Shown in pieces: positions 1 to 12,162 of a stretch of DNA of 32,514 nucleotides. The position numbers were made by a program, and so were the translations under genes. Source of the DNA: Jimgerdemannia flammicorona (taxonomy: Eukaryota). The DNA is taken from the NCBI GenBank assembly GCA_003990765.1, contig RBNJ01000343.1, positions 1 through 32,514 on the forward strand, written 5' to 3'. Within the stretch, counting starts at the first letter, position 1; every line of letters starts with the position of its first letter. A model generated the notes under the pieces. It was given only the letters and a program-made list of their open reading frames with translations. It was not told where the DNA came from and did no database searches.

Positions 1-13
1 AAAAAAAAAAGTG

Positions 14-536
14 TCAAGCGCGGCCCGAATTCTCGGATTTTGTGGAATTCGTCGAGATCGTTGTCGACCTCGACAAACCCGCTGCGAGCGAATCGACTTC
101 GTAGTCCTGACTACCCCTTACTCCCCTCCTCCTCATCTCCTCTTCCATCGCCGCCTTTGCCGCCCCAGCGCAGACCCCACCGGGCGCGTCGGGGATTGCC
201 AGGGGTCGTCTCCCAACTATGTTGTACACGTTACAGTAGGTATCCGACGTGTCCATCTCTGCAAGCGCGTCCTCGCAAAGCTGATCGTAGTTGTCGTTCG
301 ACAGACCCATCGCCGTCGCCATCACGGGCTGGAAACTGCGCAGGTACACCGACCACATGTTTCGGGCTGCCATGCCGGTCTTGCCGCCCCAGTTGCCCAT
401 CGGAAGCGAGAAAAATAACTTTTTGGCGTTCACGAGATCGTCTTTGAAGAAATTTTCGAGGTTGGGGCCAATACGGGGATTGAAGCCGCGGGCTTTGAGG
501 GCAAATATGACTATGGAAAAGGTCGAAGTTGATGGG

Positions 537-568
<32 letters not shown>

Positions 569-1982
569 AGGCAACTTGCACGGAAGAGAATTGATGGTAA
601 AACCAAGTTTAAAAATTGAATAGTAACCCTTGTCGTTCCAGTCGGCGAGTTTTGGGCCTCGTCGCTTGAGCTCGCTGAAAAATATTAAAATGTTGACATT
701 TAAGCCTCAATTGAAACCCGACAGCACTGTTATCGTTTTACAATCACTCTTTCAAATAGTCACCCAAATCTGATACTCACAAATCGGTGTCCAACAACTC
801 TACATATCCACCCAATTTCGTCACCCTCACTAGCTCACGGCATAAATTTTGCCAATCCTTTTCCCCCACCGCTAGCGACATGTTGCGCATGAACACGAAA
901 TCAAAGGTCGCATCGGGATAAGGCAACTGCTTGTTGTCCGCTATCAAGTTGTGCGTGCGGAAACCGACATTTTGAGGGACTTCCGTGCGGGGGAAAATGG
1001 GAGCTACGTCAATACCGGTGAAGCTCGAACGGGGATACTGTTGGGCCATTTCCTATAATACAAGAATAATAAAGCCGTGTTAGATGAGATCCCGATGGAT
1101 AACGATAAAACGCCTCCATGTCGATTAATCTCCCTTACCAATATCCAAGATCCGCAGCCACATCTATTTTGGATGTTGTACACGCCATAATTGACAGAAT
1201 TAGTTGAAAGGCGCGGTCAATATATCTCAAATGGGTCGCGTGCGAATGGATCAAAGGGCAAATTCGCAAACGATATTCCTACCCAACATCCAAGACAGCT
1301 ATTCCTCGGTCAAGATGCTTTGCTATCGGCGCTTTGTAAATCCTGGAACATGGTAATTCGAATGGATAGAGTGAGTGGCAAAGCAACCAAGTCACGGATC
1401 TACGTGTCAAATTTGCAACGAGCGAATTACCCATTAAAGAGATGCTTCAAAAGCTTGTGTTCGTCTGCTTGCCGAAGGAATTCTTTGTCGTCAAGCGGGA
1501 GCATGTACTTCAATCCTGAATTATTCAAGCCATTCCCGGTGGTCAGCACATTCCGAACATTTTCAACACCAAGAAGATCATTGCTAGAAATACATTCACT
1601 TCGTCTTACCGGGCACATTAGCAAACTTTCTCCCCTCTACCAACTTGAAAGGGTTATGCAAAAAAGCGGTACCGCTCTGCGATCCTGGCTTTGATCCACT
1701 ATGCCGACTCCCCGTGTTTGAAGTTGAGGGGGATAGGTTCGTATTGTTGGTTTTCGACATTGACGCAATGTGGCTACTGGACGACGATGTGGACGACGAT
1801 GAGCTATGCGTAGCGCCTGATCCGCGTCTGAATTCGTTGTTGTGGATATCGTTGATTTTCCTCACAACAGTACGGTCGGGTGTCTTGAGTTGGTCGAGGT
1901 TGTTCAGGCGCTCGGCGAGCGACTTGGAGGGAGTGAGGCCGGGGATAGAGAATGAGTGCCCTTTAGATTTCGTCGCCTTCAT
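14..1982 (-). CDS. Class I SAM-dependent methyltransferase (fungal Methyltransf_23/25, LaeA-like family) with Ser-rich N-terminal extension; 7 exons
   Basis: Manually spliced exons 1610-1982, 1431-1515, 1283-1342, 1139-1163, 781-1052, 628-674, 14-510 (all GT-AG; the exon 6 donor GTTACT is weak) give one frame. It reads YMLPLDDKEFLRQADEHKLLKHLFNG, motif I VLDVGCGCGSW, FTGIDVAPIFP, LPYPDATFDFVFMR, ELVRVTKLGGYVEL. Confidence 0.9.
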
Positions 1983-2974
1983 TTCCCGCAGGAGTAGATA
2001 TATTGGTTGAAAGATGGCTCTAGGGGTTTGCTGAACCGGGCTGAGCTTTTGTGGATGTATTCGTCGAAGACGGAATATACGGTGTTGTGGATAAACAGGC
2101 GAGAGAGACGCAGGCGATATAGAGGGTGACCGGAGAATGAATACCGCTCGTACTTTTTGAGTGAACGAGCTATAGTAAGCTAGCGGTCGCTTGAAGTTGA
2201 CATTACCATAACGCACAGTTATCCGTAAGACGTGGTGGTATAGATGGTTATATAAAGGCCAGGGAAATACATTTATGCAATCTCGGAACCAATTTCGTAG
2301 GCCCGCATATGCGGCATACGCGGTCACAAACCCCGTTTTTCATGGACAGATGAGGCGAATTGGCACTGTACCACACAGCGTATCACATCCATCAGTCCCA
2401 TATATGGAAGGTTCGACTAACAACGATCATGGATGGGTGCTACCCAAAATAAACTCTCCACTCAGCATCGAACCACTGATGAACCGCGCCTTCCGCCTGA
2501 CGATACCCTGCAACGTCGTCATATGTTCTGTGGGACAAAATCGCCTTGAGGCAGGTCCCCCGTTGGTTTTTATTTTGGGTCTTCTTGATCGCTTTTTTTT
2601 TTTTTTTCTTTCTCTTATTGAATGGCGGCTAGTCCATCCGCCCATTTCACACGCGACGTCAGCGCACTGTCACCTAACTCGAAAGCTTCGTAGGAAACGA
2701 TCCTTTGAAGGTTTTGGATTTTGTCTTGTAATTCAAATTTGTTTTTTGTCCTCTAACGTGTCCCTTGGACCTATATTTCACACGATCAGTTGCCAGAGCG
2801 TCTTTGCAAAAACCTAGAGACCACAACATCTTTGGTAATTCCTTTATTCTGCTCTTCCACGCGCCGGGGTTTTTATTGTCTAGGAGAGACAAGTGTCCCA
2901 GGTCTACGGGAACTGGAAACAGCAAAATTGATATTCATACTTCCATACCACCGGCCGCAGTAAGCTTTGCTCGC

Positions 2975-2975
<1 letters not shown>

Positions 2976-3028
<53 letters not shown>
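2976..3028. repeat. 53-nt poly(A) homopolymer, one of many long A/T tracts in the window
   Basis: Seen directly. Other long tracts lie near 537-566, 4361-4386, 10673-10695, 14619-14654, 28989-29022 and 32484-32514. Confidence 0.95.
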
Positions 3029-3029
<1 letters not shown>

Positions 3030-4655
3030 CGCATGTCGAAATAAGTTTGGGACACAGCGGGGTAAAAACTAAAAATTATTGTTGTTTTTGTTCGTCCTCT
3101 GGTCGGAGGCGGAGGATTACAGCCATCAACGACCACGATGAGTCAACTGACTGGTGGGGTGGTATGTATGAAAAAAAGAGCACGGGCTTGCGGGCAGAAA
3201 AGCGGTCGGAGTCCCGATTGAATCGTCGTAGGTTTTGAGTTCAATTACCGTCCGTTTGGCGCCTTCTATCCTCAACCTTCCGCATAACCTTTCCCATTTC
3301 GGGCCAAGCGCGCTCCTGTCACCCGCGAAGATCAGTCGCACAACCCAGCCCTTGGGCAATCACGCTGCCGTCGGCGGACCCTGTGCTTCCTTCATGTGCT
3401 ACCCGGTGGAGCCTGGATTCATGTGTTCGTGTGGCCCCGTCTAGATCACCGTGATATGTAGAACGCTTGTTTGAAGGACTGATAGAATAGTGACAGGCGG
3501 GGAATGAAATATCATTTCAAGGTTTCCAGTAATAAGAACGGAAGAGAGGAATTGATGCAAGGGCCAACGGGGGGTCCGGCCTTTACGCGCGCGGACAATC
3601 GTCGATATCGTGAGGTATTGTCAACAGCGAGATGGTTTGATAAAACCCCGAAGGGGATGCGTACGTACGCACATCTCGCAGAGTTCACTCCCACGTCGAC
3701 TTGAATACGCATTCGTCCAACACATGCAAGTTGCTCCGAGAAGCGGTGGGCGATGGAGTTAACTCCCTTCCCTCTTTCATTGCGTCATCGTAAGCAAATG
3801 ACGACGTCGCCGCATGTGCGCCGTCAAGTCGATGCTATACAATTATGTACTTTCACAGGCCCTGCACCAGCTTACATAACCGGCCATTTCGCACATGGGC
3901 TGCTGCATCCAACGCTAACCCCATTCGAAGATCGCGAGACAAGCCAGAACCTATTATACTATCCGCTTTGGGAAATATTCGTGCGCGATGGCAGACAGTA
4001 ATGAGTTGAAAGTACTTCCACGAAGATCACGATAAAGTTCCTTGATAGATGTGACCGAAATCTTGTTTTGGGCGTTGCCCCTGAATCAATTTCATCTTTG
4101 TCGCGAACTATATTGCTCACAATATCCGTTCGCCGCGCTTCTTGCTAGGATTGATCAAATAACCCGCGGATCTCGCTTCGAATGGGAAGAAACAAATGCA
4201 CCCAACACCGTGTTCCCCGGTTGTGCGGGGTCCAAGGACATCCGCAGGAAAACATGGATCTCGCGATAAAGAGCGACCGAATGGAGTTTCAAAAGATGTA
4301 TTGATTGTAATGATGAAAGAAAATTGAGATCCCACTACCAAGGTGGACATGTTGAACAATTTTTTTTCTTTTTTTTTTTTTTTTTTGAGTCGTGCATCGA
4401 GCTCCAAAAAAGCGAAAGCGAAAGCAAACAGAAATGAAAATTATACAGCAGCCAGATAAGAGTACGACAATATAGCAGAATGGTGGGAGATGGTGAAAAG
4501 CTATTGGGACTAATTCACACCACCCAACCTCACGACTTGCGACAAAAGATGGATCTACAACCGATACATTCCATACATGGCGTAAAACAGGAGATAGACG
4601 AATAGGTACGAGTTGCCAAGTTCGCAACGCCTCTGCTCGACGGAAAACCCACTCA

Positions 4656-6538
4656 CTACCAGGATGCCTCATCGTCATTCGAAACCCTCCCGTACTCATA
4701 TTGCTCGCGCCCGACCACATACGATACACTTGCTGGGCCCCTCCCACGGCCACGGCCCCTTCTTCTCCCGCCGCGGCTACCACCGCCCCTTGCGCCTGGC
4801 TCAGCTCGATAGATACCCCAATCGCCCATCCTTACCCACCTCCCGGATGGTACGTCCCCGTTCCCATCCCATTCTTCGTACGACTCGCGCTCCCGCTGCG
4901 CGCGCTGGGTGTTCCGTTCCCTTTCCGCCCCCGCCGCCTCCGACGCCGCCATCATCTCTCCAAGCATCATCATCTCCAGCATCCGCGCCAGTTCGTCCTC
5001 CCCGGACACGGGGTCGTCAGGGTGGTCCCCCCAACTGGTGGCCCGGTACGCCGTCTCGGTAGCCATGTCGATCATGAGGTTGAGCTCTGTCTGCATATCT
5101 GGGTACCCCCAATCGTCAAGCCGCAAAAAACGACCTCCGCCACCCCATCCGCCACGGTTCACGCGCCTCCCCCCCCGCGGCCGCTCCACGGGAACCCGTA
5201 CATCGGGCGCCACGGCCTCCGCGTGGCGGAAAAAGCAGTCGTCACCAAACAGGCAGGTGCGGCGATTGCGATTCGATTGCTCAAAATATCTGCAGGGGAT
5301 GCGTGACAACGAAGCTTTGTAGCGGTCGTTCATGACTGTCTTGTCTTGCGCCGTCGCGGGGTAGATGGACGAGGGAATGATGTAGGGTGAAGGTGTGCGG
5401 CAGAGGGGACAGGTTTTGGTCGGCCCAAGGTCCGCGGTGGAAGAAGAGGTAGTGCTGGAGCCCGAGGGAGAAACGGGGCGGTGGGAATTGCGGTCGGAGT
5501 TGAATGGGGAGGCAAGAGATGAGCCCGAGGATTTATTTTTACGCCATTCACGGATGCATTCTATGGATGGGTAACAGGGTGGGAGAATTATAAATCAGAG
5601 TGGGTCTATTGGCCAAAAATGAGAGTGAGCGTAGTCTTTGGTCATAAAATAACACTTACCTAGACAGTAAACGTGATCGCACGACACTGTGAGGATCATA
5701 GAAGATAAGAGGGAAGGAGATCAGCAGTATGCTATGAAGGATATATAACAAGTGCGATCAGATGGTTCAACTCGACAACATTCATATTAAAAATAATAAT
5801 CAAATAAAAATAAAATGTGCTCAGCAAACAAGCAAACTATTCACAGAGCACGACATAGCTTTCTGATTTCAACTCACCCAGTAACCCAAACGTCGCGGGA
5901 ACCTCAAAGCATATTGCGCATTGTCTTTCCTCCACAGTCTCTTCTAGAGGTTGCTTCTCGACAAACTCTGGCTGGTTGTCGAACTCGTCGAACTCGGTTA
6001 CAATTTCAGTGACCTCCTCATTCACAACCTCAGTGACCTCATCTAAGACCACACTGCCGACGTCATTCTCAAGCTCGTGTACAGGTTGTTCGTGGACCTT
6101 CGCCGGCCCGGCAATTACTGTAGACGTGGATGTAGTGGTGGAGTTGCTACTGGCGCTCGATGAGGACACAATGGTGGTGATGGTTCTAACGCTGGTAGTG
6201 TCGGAGGCGGTGGTGTCCCTCTCCAGGTCGATAATCAGGCGCGCGTCCTCCTCAATGGGCAGCTCGTGCAGGAACCAGCACGAAGCGCCGCGATGGCAGT
6301 AACCTTGCAGGAAATACTTACAATATATTCTTTGCTGAGAGGGCGAGGCAGTGGTGGTGGTGGGGGTGGGTGTTGGGGAGGTGAGCTGGTGCGGGAAGCG
6401 GGTTGTGGTGAATGAGGAGGAGGGGGAGGGAGTGGCGCTATCCGGAGTAGGGTTCTGGTGAGAGAAGAAGCAGTTCTGGCCGTAGATACAGGTGGACTGG
6501 AGAAAGAACCTGCAAACAGGTCTGTTCGTTGCGGCCAT
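4656..6538 (-). CDS. Makorin-family CCCH zinc finger / RING (C3HC4) E3 ubiquitin ligase; 3 exons
   Basis: Exons 5878-6538, 5660-5686, 4656-5560. Two N-terminal C3H1 fingers (CRFFLQSTCIYGQNCFFSH; CKYFLQGYCHRGASCWFLH). RING split across introns: CAICFEVPATFGLLVSCDHVYCLECIREWR...CPLCR. Makorin linker YIIPSSIYP and a C-terminal C3H1 finger (CRYFEQ...CLFGDDCFFRH). Confidence 0.92.
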
Positions 6539-6692
6539 GTGGTTTATGTTGTTTCTGTTTCTCTGATGGAGTAGGGTTGAGTAGGGGCCAGGGGGGGAAG
6601 GGATAGGGGGGTGGGAGAGGGAGTGGGAATGACGGGGGGGGGAGAATCAAGAAAATGTTGACGCTTGAGACTTCTGTCACATGACACTTTGG

Positions 6693-6735
6693 CCGCCATA
6701 ATTATTCCGCCATAATTATTCCGCCTCATAATTCT
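6693..6735. repeat. Tandem 14-bp repeat CCGCCATAATTATT (2 perfect + 1 degenerate) upstream of the makorin-like gene
   Basis: Units at 6693-6706, 6707-6720 and degenerate 6721-6735, about 155 bp upstream of the ATG at 6538. Confidence 0.85.
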
Positions 6736-6871
6736 CAATTCACACAATCAAATCCGAAAGAAACAAACAAATTTGCGCGAGAAATGTGACAAATGTATTG
6801 GGCCATGATCCATAATGATATATAACTACAACGTCTATTTGGACCAAGAAACTTCGCTAACCTGATTACAT

Positions 6872-8479
6872 CTAAACTATCTTAATACCGAGCCCCAATG
6901 AATCCAACGGGCTCAGCCGGTTGATGTACATCGCCGCGCTCCCATTACCGCCGCCTATCGCGCTCCCATTACCGCCGCCGCCTATCGCGCTCATGAGCGG
7001 ACTGAGCGACGGGCTGGTGGGCACAGGCATCCCGTCCGCCCCCAGTTCTCTTGACGCCATCGTGTAATGGTGATATCCGCTATACCTGTCGTCCGTCTCA
7101 TCATCCTCGCACATCTTGTCCTCGTGATGCCTGACGTGTGACCCCAGATCGTTCAGTTCAATCTTGACGTCGTTGTGATCGCGCTGCATCTTCGTCGCCG
7201 CCGCCGCGTCCTCCTTCGCAATGTCCGCCGCCAGCGTCGTCCCGACGCCCGCACGCGTGCCCCAAGCCACCTCGTGCAGCGTAAACAGCGCGTACAGCTT
7301 CATGATTGCAAAATAGTAACCAAAAATGAGCCACGCGGGAATATGGATGATGTCTTGCGGCCGCCGCAGAAGGTGCGGAGTGAGCTTGAACGCGCGTGTG
7401 AGTAGTAGCCAGCAGATATATGAGACGAGGATGTTCCAGAGCGGCTTGGGATGCGGGTGGTTGACCTGGTGGAAGGCGTAGACGCCGACGAGAAACGGTC
7501 CGGCCAGGAGCGTGAATGGGTTGAAAAATTTGTCCAACATCGTGAACGCCACGTACGGGTGCCGAAACCAAATGTAGCGCTCCATGAACAGCGAACGGAA
7601 ATCGGAGCGCCAGGTGTTGCGCGTCCATCGCAGCACCTGTTTGATGAACCGCCAATTGTTCTTGAACGTCGAGTACAGCTCTGCCTCCGGGCACACCTGG
7701 ATGTACGTGTTCCACCCGTGCGACACCATCCAACGCGTCAGGAACTTGTCGTCGCCCGAGTTTAGCGGGTACTTGTCCCGCCACAAATCGTTCGTGAACC
7801 CGTACTGGAATGCCGGGTCCTTGAGGATCAGCGTGCGATACGCCGCTGTCCGTCCCGAAATACAGCACACTCCGCCATCAATGTGCGTCGACGCCGCTAC
7901 CTCAATGTTGCGGAAGCTCAGCCGGAACCCGGCCAGCACCTCCCACACCGTCTGGTACCCTGACGGATCGACCGCGTGCACCGTCTGGCACGTGCCGACC
8001 CCACCCATCTTGAGGTCCTCGAAGCAGGCCAGCACGTACTCCAAAAATGTCGGCTTCCAGATGGCGTCGTCGTCGGCGAAGACAATGATCTCCGTATTGC
8101 AGTTATTTATTCCCTCAGTCATTTGGAGCCGCTTGTTCGCACGCGACACCGTCAATACGCGGATCTTGTCCGGGTTCACCTCGTCCGCGAGTTGCTGCAG
8201 CGGACCGCGCATCCGCTTCTCCGTGATAATCAAAATCTCGTGCGGGTCGTTCGCCATCCAGCTACGTGCTGCGATTTTGAACTCTTCGCCAGCGTCAATT
8301 GTCGGCACGATGATTGTGACATCGTCGGGCGAATACGTGGGGTTCGCCTTGGGCAACACAGGTCGATAGAAGAACCAAGCGGTCACCTTGATGAAGAACC
8401 ATAAGTAGCGAAAGAATCCGATGATACCGAGTGGCAGGAAGAAAGGTAGAAGTTGGTCGTCGTTGGTGAGATAAAGCAT
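6872..8479 (-). CDS. Processive glycosyltransferase family 2 membrane polysaccharide synthase (Cps1/hyaluronan-synthase-like), intronless, 535 aa
   Basis: Single ORF with an N-terminal TM segment, DVTIIVPT, KR..M, DxD motif (FADDDA), CISGRTAAYR, catalytic GDDKFLT, QxxRW (QVLRWTRN), several C-terminal TM helices and a WGTR motif. Confidence 0.93.
   Translation of the reverse strand: MLYLTNDDQLLPFFLPLGIIGFFRYLWFFIKVTAWFFYRPVLPKANPTYSPDDVTIIVPTIDAGEEFKIAARSWMANDPHEILIITEKRMRGPLQQLADEVNPDKIRVLTVSRANKRLQMTEGINNCNTEIIVFADDDAIWKPTFLEYVLACFEDLKMGGVGTCQTVHAVDPSGYQTVWEVLAGFRLSFRNIEVAASTHIDGGVCCISGRTAAYRTLILKDPAFQYGFTNDLWRDKYPLNSGDDKFLTRWMVSHGWNTYIQVCPEAELYSTFKNNWRFIKQVLRWTRNTWRSDFRSLFMERYIWFRHPYVAFTMLDKFFNPFTLLAGPFLVGVYAFHQVNHPHPKPLWNILVSYICWLLLTRAFKLTPHLLRRPQDIIHIPAWLIFGYYFAIMKLYALFTLHEVAWGTRAGVGTTLAADIAKEDAAAATKMQRDHNDVKIELNDLGSHVRHHEDKMCEDDETDDRYSGYHHYTMASRELGADGMPVPTSPSLSPLMSAIGGGGNGSAIGGGNGSAAMYINRLSPLDSLGLGIKIV
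6934..6992 (-). repeat. Short in-frame tandem repeat in the GT2 C-terminal tail (SAIGGGGNG SAIGGGNG SA)
   Basis: Repeated CGCGCTCCCATTACCGCCGCC(GCC)TAT units on the + strand. Confidence 0.85.
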
Positions 8480-11400
8480 CTTGGCTGCTCGAACTAGGGG
8501 GGGCCGGCGACTAACGGTGAGAGAGAGAAGTGAGGAGTTCTAAGAACAATGAATTTTCATTAATTTTATTATTATGGCGAGTAAAAAGGTCATTGTCACG
8601 ACCGGACAGTGCATCCTTCGTGATGGGAAGCACTCGCACCACACCTAAATTTACATTCTATAGCACAAAGTTCCCGAATTAGCTACATTAAAATTCTGAG
8701 TCTAATTTCGTCACCTGCTTCGGTGGCATGTTGCATGCAACTATAACATTTTCTCCTATTTCAGGTTTCTGTGAACACGAATCCATAACTATTGTTGGCA
8801 GGGCAAATTGGCGTCCCGATTTTTGAGCAACGTGCTTTGCATGCTGCCGAAATGTAGCTGACATAAAATGATCGCATGTGGCGGAGATACGACTGTACAA
8901 AGGCACATGAATCCATGAAACAAAGATTGAAAGCTTCAACTCCATCGTCTCTTCAAATTCCTAACCGCACTTGGTGACCAGCAAACCAACTCGACATCTT
9001 GTCTTGCATAATCTGATTTAGATATGATTGGTGTGTGCTATGGCTCGAACTGTATATACCAATCTTAAAGCACAAGTCGACAATAATTTCCTCAAGCTCG
9101 AATGGAGTATGCGGAAGCGGAAGAATGTCGATATCAGAATATCGGAAACGGTGCGACCTAGTTATTTACGTGCGGCCAGACCCCCCTTTGGTTCTCGTCA
9201 ATGGAATCGGGGTGTTTTTGGGTGTCGAGTGTTAGAAAATCCACAATTTCAACGATGCTTAATGTGACCGTAGTACATAGCATGGTTCCACTTAGCTTTA
9301 AATGAGAAGCTGACATAGTACCTGACAAACTTTTTATTTTTATTTTTATCTAGATTTCACCAGTGATTATCAATATGGCAAGTGATTAAAAATTCTAGAA
9401 GAAAGGACGGAATCAGACATTCGATGACGGGATATGGTGTGGCGATTAGAAAAGATCGCACCTATACGAGTGGCGGTACGAAATTAATAAACGAAGGGAG
9501 CATTACAATAATATCGGCTGGAAAATAGCATTATTCAAGATACAAATTCACTGTTATTCGCCAGCTTGAACCTTTAATGTCATATACTCGAACGACGCAA
9601 AAATAAAAATTTTCAAAGCAAAAAAAAAAATCCTATTCTATGTATAGGACCGTTCAAATAGCACAAGACACACTTTGCCAACTTGAAGTTAGTGTCGACT
9701 TGTATCATATTCAGCCTCATAACATTGTCATACAAAATCGGTATACGGCACTGGTGAGCAATATGTAATTATCCCTTTGTCTGTATTACCCCTATATTTA
9801 GAGGCATGACTTCACTTTTGAAATCACAATAGCTTTATAAAAATATTTTACGATAATATTTTCTACCTCTGATAAAAATTTTAAAAAAAAAAAAAAAATT
9901 GTTATATTTTCAACAGAAAAACAATGTTTCAAAAAATCTTTTTTTTTTTTTTTCAAACTTTAATTTATCTGCTAAATGAATTTAAAAGACATTCTTATCT
10001 ACAGACAAAGGGATAAATACCTTTCGTTCGACTGTGGATAAAATTAGGAGCTTTCCAAAGTCGGACGTATGTACAACCGGTGAAGACAACGGAAACAAAT
10101 GTGCCTCTTCACTTAGACAAAGTGCAATAGTAAATGACGGGAAATCGGTTGGCTTAATGCGTAAACATGTCCTCTCGGGCGATTCCGCTCGCATCCAAAT
10201 GGGGCCTGTTTATGTAATTACACACAATGTCTTGTCTGCCGTATGAATTAGGTTGGCACCTTGTATTGCTAATTTTCTCATCTATATCTCTCATATATCA
10301 CTGCCGCTTCGTGCATTGGTCTACTCAAGCGTGTAAAGCTTACCGCTTATCTATGTGAATTCCGCTTATGTCTGTGCAAGGTTTGTTGAGCGATTTACAA
10401 ATATCTAATCAGTATCAATATTAGTTTGCTCGTCGAAAATGTTATCTCTCTGATGATCTGTAAAGTCTGTCCACATTCATTCAAAGGTTATCGGTGTCCA
10501 TATAAAGTATTTCTTTCGATACACGTATATCTTGCCCATTGTTTATAATTCATAAAAGGCTGTCCACTGCATACTTGATGACATACTGCAGAAATTGAGA
10601 TTGACATTAGAGGCTGCGACAACAATCTTCTGTTGAAGCAAATACTATAATGGAAAAATATGGCTAGCAGAGTTTTTTTTTTTTTTTTTTTTTTTGAGCT
10701 GTTGGTACTCCGCCTGTGAATGGATGGACCGCGTATATATATATATATACGTTGAATCTGTGTCGGTCGGACATTTTGCCTAAAAGGTTGTGACGTGTTG
10801 ATGTGGACGATTTCGGGAAGGATTGGAATTGTAATTTTCACTGTCACGCGATACAAGTTGTTCATCGAGCACCCACTTGAGACTCATAAAAAAATTAAAA
10901 AAAAAGCTTCCATTGGTATAACTAGCAAAGATGCATTTCATATAATTTATAGAAATATGTCATCTAATCACTCTGATAAGGACAACTCACGCTTGCAATA
11001 TTTAAAGCAGTATAGCGACTTGGCCTGTTGAAGGTTCACGAGGAGAATGATTTTTGTGCTTGGAAAAGTACTATTATCATAACAATCTATGAAAAATAGG
11101 GATATACTTACAGGCATCGATGAGAATAGCCAGTTTTATCCCTCCAAAATCCATCCACACGGTATCGACCAGCTCATCGAGTCGGAAGATAGGCCGTCTG
11201 CTTTTTGCCGTTATTATTGAATTCGCGTTCATGCTTCATCAATCTCGGTACTGAATTACGAGTATCGTGCAAAATAATCCACCCAAATGTTTTTTTTTTT
11301 TTTATACTGTAGCATATTATACGGATATGCTTTGGTGCAGGCGGTAACAAAATATTCTTGTCGTATTCACCGAAATGTTTGACCTGACCCGCAACCCAGG

Positions 11401-12162
11401 GCCCAGGGTGATGTCACGTGTGATATTAACCCCACACAAAAAGCCACCCAATTCTCTTCTCCTTGCCGATCGGAAAAACGAGAAAAAAAAAATTCTATGG
11501 TAAATACACAATTTTTGTTTTTATTTATTTATTTATTTCATATTTTGTTATAGCGTCTCCTAAAACGTTTCTCTTACGCATAGATTACTGGACGCGAGCA
11601 AGCTCGAAGTGGGCTCAAAACTCTACGATTAAAAAGCACAATCATTACTAGAATCGGTGCAGGTCAGTCTTTCTCTTGTAATGCGATTCGCGAGCGCGAG
11701 GTATGCGCGGATGACAGAACTTATTTTTCGATAGTTCATGCATGTGGCATGTAAGAAGGAGCTTCACCACGTGTGGTTGATATTTTCCGCTTACGAAGGG
11801 TCACGAGGAATTGGTGCGCGAGAAGATTCCTACGGGTGTTTTAGGAATTTGGAGAGGTGTTTACGATTTGCGCTGTGATGTAGTCACAGGAAGCAACTTA
11901 ACAAGTATACTAACTTTTTAATATCATCTTAAATTTAGGAGAAAGTTCCGGCCGGATTCCGACTCCCCGACCATGGGACAAGCAAGAGGCACTGCAACAT
12001 AGTCGGTAGGGACGGAGACGTCGAGGAGGTCCAAAACGAAAGGGCTGTAAGGCCAATGGGAACAAAGTGCGTGAAATTCCTAATGGCCATTAGAGGTATA
12101 TATATACTAGAAATGGGCGATTTCTGGTTTGTTTTAAGATCATCTAATTATTAACCTGATCG

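Noticed and set aside
1983..2327. N-terminal extension of the 243-aa ORF 1596-2327
   Set aside because: It starts at a non-ATG codon in probable 5' UTR/promoter. The ATG at 1982 is the plausible start.
2275..3238. ORFs with poly-Lys/poly-Phe runs
   Set aside because: Products of A/T homopolymers in intergenic DNA.
4613..5322. Plus-strand Pro/Arg/Ser-rich ORFs
   Set aside because: Antisense shadows of the makorin last exon.
7158..8404. Long overlapping ORFs 7158-7868 (-), 7584-8369 (+), 7976-8404 (+)
   Set aside because: Shadow frames of the GC3-rich GT2 gene with no recognisable motifs.
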